The position numbers and the translations under genes were made by a program. Of a stretch of 64,000 nucleotides of DNA, positions 57,601 through 64,000 are shown one piece after another; within the stretch, counting starts at the first letter, position 1; the number at the start of each line of letters is the position of its first letter. The stretch is from Eledone cirrhosa (Eukaryota), in the NCBI GenBank assembly GCA_964016885.1, contig OZ024741.1:6324001-6388000 (forward strand), given 5' to 3'. The notes below the pieces were generated by a model. It searched no databases. It saw only the letters and a list, made by a program, of their open reading frames with translations, and had not been told where the DNA came from.

Positions 57601-60600
57601 TGTACCTGACAGGTATAAAGGTATTCTGTTCCTGACAGGTATAAAGGGATTCTGTACCTGACAGATGTAAAGGTATTCTCTACCTGACAGGTATAAAGGT
57701 ATGCTGTACCTGACAGATGTAAAGGTATTCTGTACCTGACAGATGTAAAGTATTCTGTACCTGACAGATATAAAGGTATTGTGTACCTGTCAGGTATAAA
57801 GGTATTCTGTACCTGACAGGTATAAAGGTATTCTGTTCCTGATAGATGTAAAGGTATTCTGTACCTGACAGGTATAAACGTATTCTGTACCTGACAGGTA
57901 TAAACGTATTCTGTACCTGACAGACAAAAAAGTATTCTGTACCTGTCAGGTATAAAGGTATTCTGTACCTGACAGGTATAAAGGTATTCTGTACCTGACA
58001 GGTATAAAGGTATTCTGTACCTGAGAGATATAAAGGTATTCTGTACCTGTCAGGTATAAAGGTATTCTGTACCTGACTGGTATAAAGGTATGCTGTACCT
58101 GACAGGTATAAAGGTTTTCCGTACCTGACCGATGTAAAGATACTCTGTACCTGACAGATGTAAAGGTATTCTGTACCTGACAGGTATAAAGGTATTCTGT
58201 ACCTGACAGATGTAAAGGTATTCTGTTCCTGACAGATGTAAAGTTATTCTGTACCTGACAGATGTAAAGGTATTCTGTACCTGACAGGTATAAAGGTATT
58301 CTGTACCTGACAGATGTAAAGGTATTCTGTACCTGACAGGTATAAAGGTATTCTGTTCCTGACAGGTATAAAGGTATTCTGTACCTGACAGATGTAAAGG
58401 TATTCTGTACCTGACAGGTATAAAGGTATTCTGTACCTGACAGGTATAAAGGTATTCTGTACCTGACAGGTATAAAGGTATTCTGTACCTGAGAGATATA
58501 AAGGTATTCTGTACCTGTCAGGTATAAAGGTATTCTGTACCTGACTGGTATAAAGGTATGCTGTACCTGACAGGTATAAAGGTTTTCCGTACCTGACCGA
58601 TGTAAAGATACTCTGTACCTGACAGATGTAAAGGTATTCTGTACCTGACAGGTATAAAGGTATTCTGTACCTGACAGATGTAAAGGTATTCTGTTCCTGA
58701 CAGATGTAAAGTTATTCTGTACCTGACAGATGTAAAGGTATTCTGTACCTGACAGGTATAAAGGTATTCTTTACCTGACAGATGTAAAGGTATTCTGTAC
58801 CTGACAGGTATAAAGGTATTCTGTTCCTGACAGGTATAAAGGTATTCTGTACCTGACAGATGTAAAGGTATTCTGTACCTGACAGGTATAAAGGTATTCT
58901 GTACCTGACAGGTATAAATGTATTCTGTACCTGACAGGTATAAAGGTATTCTGTACCTGACAGATGTAAAGGTATTCTGTACCTGACAGGTATAAAGGTA
59001 TTCTGTACCTGACAGGGATAAAGGTATTCTGTTCCTGACAGATGTAAAGGTATTCTGTACCTGACAGATGTAAAGATATTCTGTTCCTGACAGGTATAAA
59101 GGTATTCTGTACCTGACAGATATAAAGGTATTCTGTTCCTGACAGATGTAAAGGTATTCTGTACCTGACAGATGTAAAGGTATTCTGTACCTGACAGGTA
59201 TAAAGGTATTCTGTACTTGACAGGTATAAAGGTATTCTGTACCTGAGAGATATAAAGGTATTCTGTACCTGACAGGTATAAAGGTATTCTGTACCTGACA
59301 GGTATAAAGGTATTCTGTACCTGACAGTTTTAAAGGTATTCTGTTCCTGACAGGTATAAAGGTATTCTGTACCTGACAGATGTAAAGGTATTCTGTACCT
59401 GACAGATGTAAAGGTATTCTGTACCTGACAGGTATAAAGGTATTCTGTTCCTGACAGGTATAAAGGGATTCTGTACCTGACAGATGTAAAGGTATTCTGT
59501 ACCTGACAGGTATAAAGGTATGCTGTACCTGACAGATGTAAAGGTATTCTGTACCTGACAGATATAAAGGTATTGTGTACCTGTCAGGTATAAAGGTATT
59601 CTGTACCTGACAGGTATAAAGGTATTCTGTTCCTGACAGATGTAAAGGTATTCTGTACCTGACAGGTATAAACGTATTCTGTACCTGACAGGTATAAACG
59701 TATTCTGTACCTGACAGATAAAAAGGTATTCTGTACCTGTCAGGTATAAAGGTATTCTGTACCTGACAGGTATAAAGGTATTCTGTACCTGACAGGTATA
59801 AAGGTATTCTGTACCTGAGAGATATAAAGGTATTCTGTACCTGTCAGGTATAAAGGTATTCTGTACCTGACTGGTATAAAGGTATGCTGTACCTGACAGA
59901 TGTAAACGTATTCTGTACCTGACAGATGTAAAGGTATTCTGTACCTGACAGATATAAAGGTATTGTGTACCTGTCAGGTATAAAGGTATTCTGTACCTGA
60001 CAGGTATAAAGGTATTCTGTTCCTGACAGATGTAAAGGTATTCTATACCTGACATGTATAAACGTATTCTGTACCTGACAGGTATAAACGTATTCTGTAC
60101 CTGACAGATAAAAAAGTATTCTGTACCTGTCAGGTATAAAGGTATTCTGTACCTGACAGGTATAAAGGTATTCTGTACCTGACAGGTATAAAGGTATTCT
60201 GTACCTGAGAGATATAAAGGTATTCTGTACCTGTCAGGTATAAAGGTATTCTGTACCTGACTGGTATAAAGGTGTGCTGTACCTGACAGGTATAAAGGTT
60301 TTCAGTACCTGACCGATGTAAAGATATTCTGTACCTGACAGATGTAAAGGTATTCTGTACCTGACAGGTATAAAGGTATTCTGTACCTGACAGGTATAAA
60401 GGTATTCTGTATCTGACAGATAAAAAGGTATTCTGTACCTGACAGATGTAAAGGTATTCTGTACCTGACAGGTATAAATGTATTCTGTACCTGACAGATG
60501 TAAAGGTATTCTGTTCCTGACAGATATAAAGGTATTCTGTACCTGACAGATGTAAAGGTATTCTGTACCTGACAGGTATAAAGGTATTCTGATCCTGACA

Positions 60601-63600
60601 GGTATAAAGGTATTCTGTACCTGACAGATGTAAAGGTATTCTGTACCTGACAGGTATAAAGGTATTCTGTACCTGACAGGTATAAAGGCATTCTGTACCT
60701 GACAGATGTAAAGGTATTCTGTACCTGACAGGTATAAAGGTATTCTGTACCTGACAGGGATAAAGGTATTCTGTTCCTGACAGATGTAAAGGTATTCTGT
60801 ACCTGACAGATGTAAAGATATTCTGTTCCTGACAGGTATAAAGGTATTCTGTACCTGACAGGTATAAAGGTATTCTGTTCCTGACATATGTAAAGGTATT
60901 CTGTACCTGACAGATGTAAAGGTATTCTGTACCTGACAGGTATAAGGTATTCTGTACCTGACAGATATAAAGGTATTCTTTCCTTACATGTATAAAGGTA
61001 TTCTGTACCTGACAGATATAAAGGTATTCTGTACCTGACAGGTATAAATTATTCTGTACCTGACAGGTATAAAGGTATTCTGTACCTGACAGATATAAAG
61101 GTATTCTGTACCTGACAGGTATAAATTATTCTGTACCTGACACGTATAAAGGTATTCTGTACCTGACAGGTATAAAGGTATTCTGTACCTGACAGGTATG
61201 AAGGTATTCTGTTCCTGACAGGTATAAAGGTATTCTGTACCTGACAGGTATAAAGGTATTCTGTACCTGGCAGATATAAAGGTCTTCTGTACCTGACAGG
61301 TATAAAGGTATTCTGTACCTGACAGATGTAAAGGTATTCTGTACCTGACAGATGTAAAGGTATTCTGTACCTGACAGGTATAAAGGTATTCTCTACCTGA
61401 CAGATGTAAAGGTATTCTGTACCTGACAGATGTAAAGGTATTCTGTACCTGACAGGTATAAAGGTATTCTGTTCCTGACAGGTATAAAGGGATTCTGTAC
61501 CTGACAAATGTAAAGGTATTCTCTACCTGACAGGTATAAAGGTATGCTGTACCTGACAGATGTAAAGGTATTCTGTACCTGACAGATGTAAAGTATTCTG
61601 TACCTGACAGATATAAAGGTATTGTGTACCTGTCAGGTATAAAGGTATTCTGTACCTGACAGGTATAAAGGTATTCTGTTCCTGACAGATGTAAAGGTAT
61701 TCTGTACCTGACAGGTATAAACGTATTCTGTACCTGACAGGTATAAACGTATTCTGTACCTGACAGACAAAAAAGTATTCTGTACCTGTCAGGTATAAAG
61801 GTATTCTGTACCTGACAGGTATAAAGGTATTCTGTACCTGACAGGTATAAAGGTATTCTGTACCTGAGAGATATAAAGGTATTCTGTACCTGTCAGGTAT
61901 AAAGGTATTCTGTACCTGACTGGTATAAAGGTATGCTGTACCTGACAGGTATAAAGGTTTTCAGTACCTGACCGATGTAAAGATACTCTGTACCTGACAG
62001 ATGTAAAGGTATTCTGTACCTGACAGGTATAAAGGTATTCTGTACCTGACAGATGTAAAGGTATTCTGTTCCTGACAGATGTAAAGTTATTCTGTACCTG
62101 ACAGATGTAAAGGTATTCTGTACCTGACAGGTATAAAGGTATTCTGTACCTGACAGATGTAAAGGTATTCTGTACCTGACAGGTATAAAGGTATTCTGTT
62201 CCTGACAGGTATAAAGGTATTCTGTACCTGACAGATGTAAAGGTATTCTGTACCTGACAGGTATAAAGGTATTCTGTACCTGACAGGTATAACGGTATTC
62301 TGTACCTGACAGGTATAAAGGTATTCTGTACCTGAGAGATATAAAGGTATTCTGTACCTGTCAGGTATAAAGGTATTCTGTACCTGACTGGTATAAAGGT
62401 ATGCTGTACCTGACAGGTATAAAGGTTTTCCGTACCTGACCGATGTAAAGATACTCTGTACCTGACAGATGTAAAGGTATTCTGTACCTGACAGGTATAA
62501 AGGTATTCTGTACCTGACAGATGTAAAGGTATTCTGTTCCTGACAGATGTAAAGTTATTCTGTACCTGACAGATGTAAAGGTATTCTGTACCTGACAGGT
62601 ATAAAGGTATTCTTTACCTGACAGATGTAAAGGTATTCTGTACCTGACAGGTATAAAGGTATTCTGTTCCTGACAGGTATAAAGGTATTCTGTACCTGAC
62701 AGATGTAAAGGTATTCTGTACCTGACAGGTATAAAGGTATTCTGTACCTGACAGGTATAAATGTATTCTGTACCTGACAGGTATAAAGGTATTCTGTACC
62801 TGACAGATGTAAAGGTATTCTGTACCTGACAGGTATAAAGGTATTCTGTACCTGACAGGGATAAAGGTATTCTGTTCCTGACAGATGTAAAGGTATTCTG
62901 TACCTGACAGATGTAAAGATATTCTGTTCCTGACAGGTATAAAGGTATTCTGTACCTGACAGATATAAAGGTATTCTGTTCCTGACAGATGTAAAGGTAT
63001 TCTGTACCTGACAGATGTAAAGGTATTCTGTACCTGACAGGTATAAAGGTATTCTGTACTTGACAGGTATAAAGGTATTCTGTACCTGAGAGATATAAAG
63101 GTATTCTGTACCTGACAGGTATAAAGGTATTCTGTACCTGACAGGTATAAAGGTATTCTGTACCTGACAGTTTTAAAGGTATTCTGTTCCTGACAGGTAT
63201 AAAGGTATTCTGTACCTGACAGATGTAAAGGTATTCTGTACCTGACAGATGTAAAGGTATTCTGTACCTGACAGGTATAAAGGTATTCTGTTCCTGACAG
63301 GTATAAATGGATTCTGTACCTGACAGATGTAAAGGTATTCTGTACCTGACAGGTATAAAGGTATGCTGTACCTGACAGATGTAAAGGTATTCTGTACCTG
63401 ACAGATATAAAGGTATTGTGTACCTGTCAGGTATAAAGGTATTCTGTACCTGACAGGTATAAAGGTATTCTGTTCCTGACAGATGTAAAGGTATTCTGTA
63501 CCTGACAGGTATAAACGTATTCTGTACCTGACAGGTATAAACGTATTCTTTACCTGACAGATAAAAAGGTATTCTGTACCTGTCATGTATAAAGGTATTC

Positions 63601-64000
63601 TGTACCTGACAGGTATAAAGGTATTCTGTACCTGACAGGTATAAAGGTATTCTGTACCTGAGAGATATAAAGGTATTCTGTACCTGTCAGGTATAAAGGT
63701 ATTCTGTACCTGACTGGTATAAAGGTATGCTGTACCTGACAGATGTAAACGTATTCTGTACCTGACAGATGTAAAGGTATTCTGTACCTGACAGATATAA
63801 AGGTATTGTGTACCTGTCAGGTATAAAGGTATTCTGTACCTGACAGGTATAAAGGTATTCTGTTCCTGACAGATGTAAAGGTATTCTATACCTGACATGT
63901 ATAAACGTATTCTGTACCTGACAGGTATAAACGTATTCTGTACCTGACAGATAAAAAAGTATTCTGTACCTGTCAGGTATAAAGGTATTCTGTACCTGAC
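54650..64000. repeat. Three copies of a ~2.6 kb higher-order unit (offsets 2625 and 3843 bp), each with an internal 468-bp (18-monomer) duplication
   Basis: The 25-bp monomer taaagtattc occurs at 55121, 57746 and 61589. ORFs 59330..60055 and 63173..63898 are offset 3843. The variant ggttttc(c/a)gtacctgaccgatgtaaagatactc occurs twice per copy, 468 bp apart (e.g. ~55490 and ~55958). Confidence 0.9.

Larger units (their letters stand above)
1..64000. repeat. Tandem satellite DNA array, 26-bp monomer AAAGGTATTCTGT(A/T)CCTGACAG(GTA/ATG/ATA)T, about 2,460 head-to-tail copies; extends beyond both window ends
   Basis: Monomer is readable on every line from position 1 to 64000 in the same orientation. 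Only point substitutions and occasional 1-bp deletions interrupt it. 64000/26 is about 2,460. Confidence 0.99.

Noticed and set aside
636-63898. Dozens of long minus-strand ORFs (up to 843 aa) with repeat YLYTCQVQNTFIPVRYRIPLYLSGTE
   Set aside because: The reverse-complement monomer has no TAA/TAG/TGA and 26 is not divisible by 3, so all three frames give the same 26-aa repeat and overlap one another. Starts and stops come from sporadic variants, frameshifting deletions are freely propagated, and there is no unique domain. A stop-free strand in a 26-mer is not improbable by chance.
1-64000. CRISPR array (repeat length in range, partly palindromic)
   Set aside because: Monomers are directly adjacent with no unique spacers, leader or cas genes.
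1-64000. TATA-box-like TATAAA in GTA- and ATA-type monomers
   Set aside because: It is simply part of the repeat (TATAAAGG deviates from TATAWAWR), and there is no downstream gene or promoter context.
1-64000. Telomeric repeat array (long yeast-type units reach ~25-26 bp)
   Set aside because: There is no strong G-rich strand or recognisable telomere core. Inherited variants and kb-scale higher-order duplications over 64 kb point to recombinational amplification rather than telomerase synthesis.
1-64000. Variant cassette library for antigenic variation or diversity generation, or synthetic data-storage DNA
   Set aside because: No expression locus, recombinase or reverse transcriptase is present, and there are no index or primer structures. 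The variant pattern is explained by nested duplication and point mutation.
1-64000. Sequencing concatemer or rolling-circle artefact
   Set aside because: Rare variants and 1-bp deletions recur in ordered, hierarchical blocks at several periods, which random read error on a single template would not produce. Copy number of the near-identical blocks could still be misassembled.

Overview
The whole 64 kb window is one uninterrupted, single-orientation tandem satellite array of a 26-bp monomer (consensus AAAGGTATTCTGTACCTGACAGGTAT, 10/26 GC, about 2,460 copies). I see no gene, RNA gene, transposon, CRISPR spacer or unique sequence. All listed ORFs are minus-strand artefacts: that strand of the monomer has no stop triplet and 26 is not a multiple of 3, so three monomers translate as a 26-aa repeat. 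The information lies in the variant pattern. There are three common monomer types (CAGGTAT, CAGATGT, CAGATAT) and a second A/T site (GTACC/GTTCC). An old ~2-2.5 kb higher-order unit is marked by recurrent diagnostic monomers. Several recent duplications have offsets of n x 26 minus the number of 25-bp monomers (1741, 2235, 3405/3431, 4182, 3041, 2521, 9017, 2625, 3843, 468 bp). The variant subfamily changes at about 53.7 kb. The monomer carries a 13-bp dyad TACCTG-A-CAGGTA. This is most likely eukaryotic satellite DNA; species and function cannot be determined from the sequence, and I found no evidence for a novel gene system. Block boundaries were estimated by eye and are approximate.
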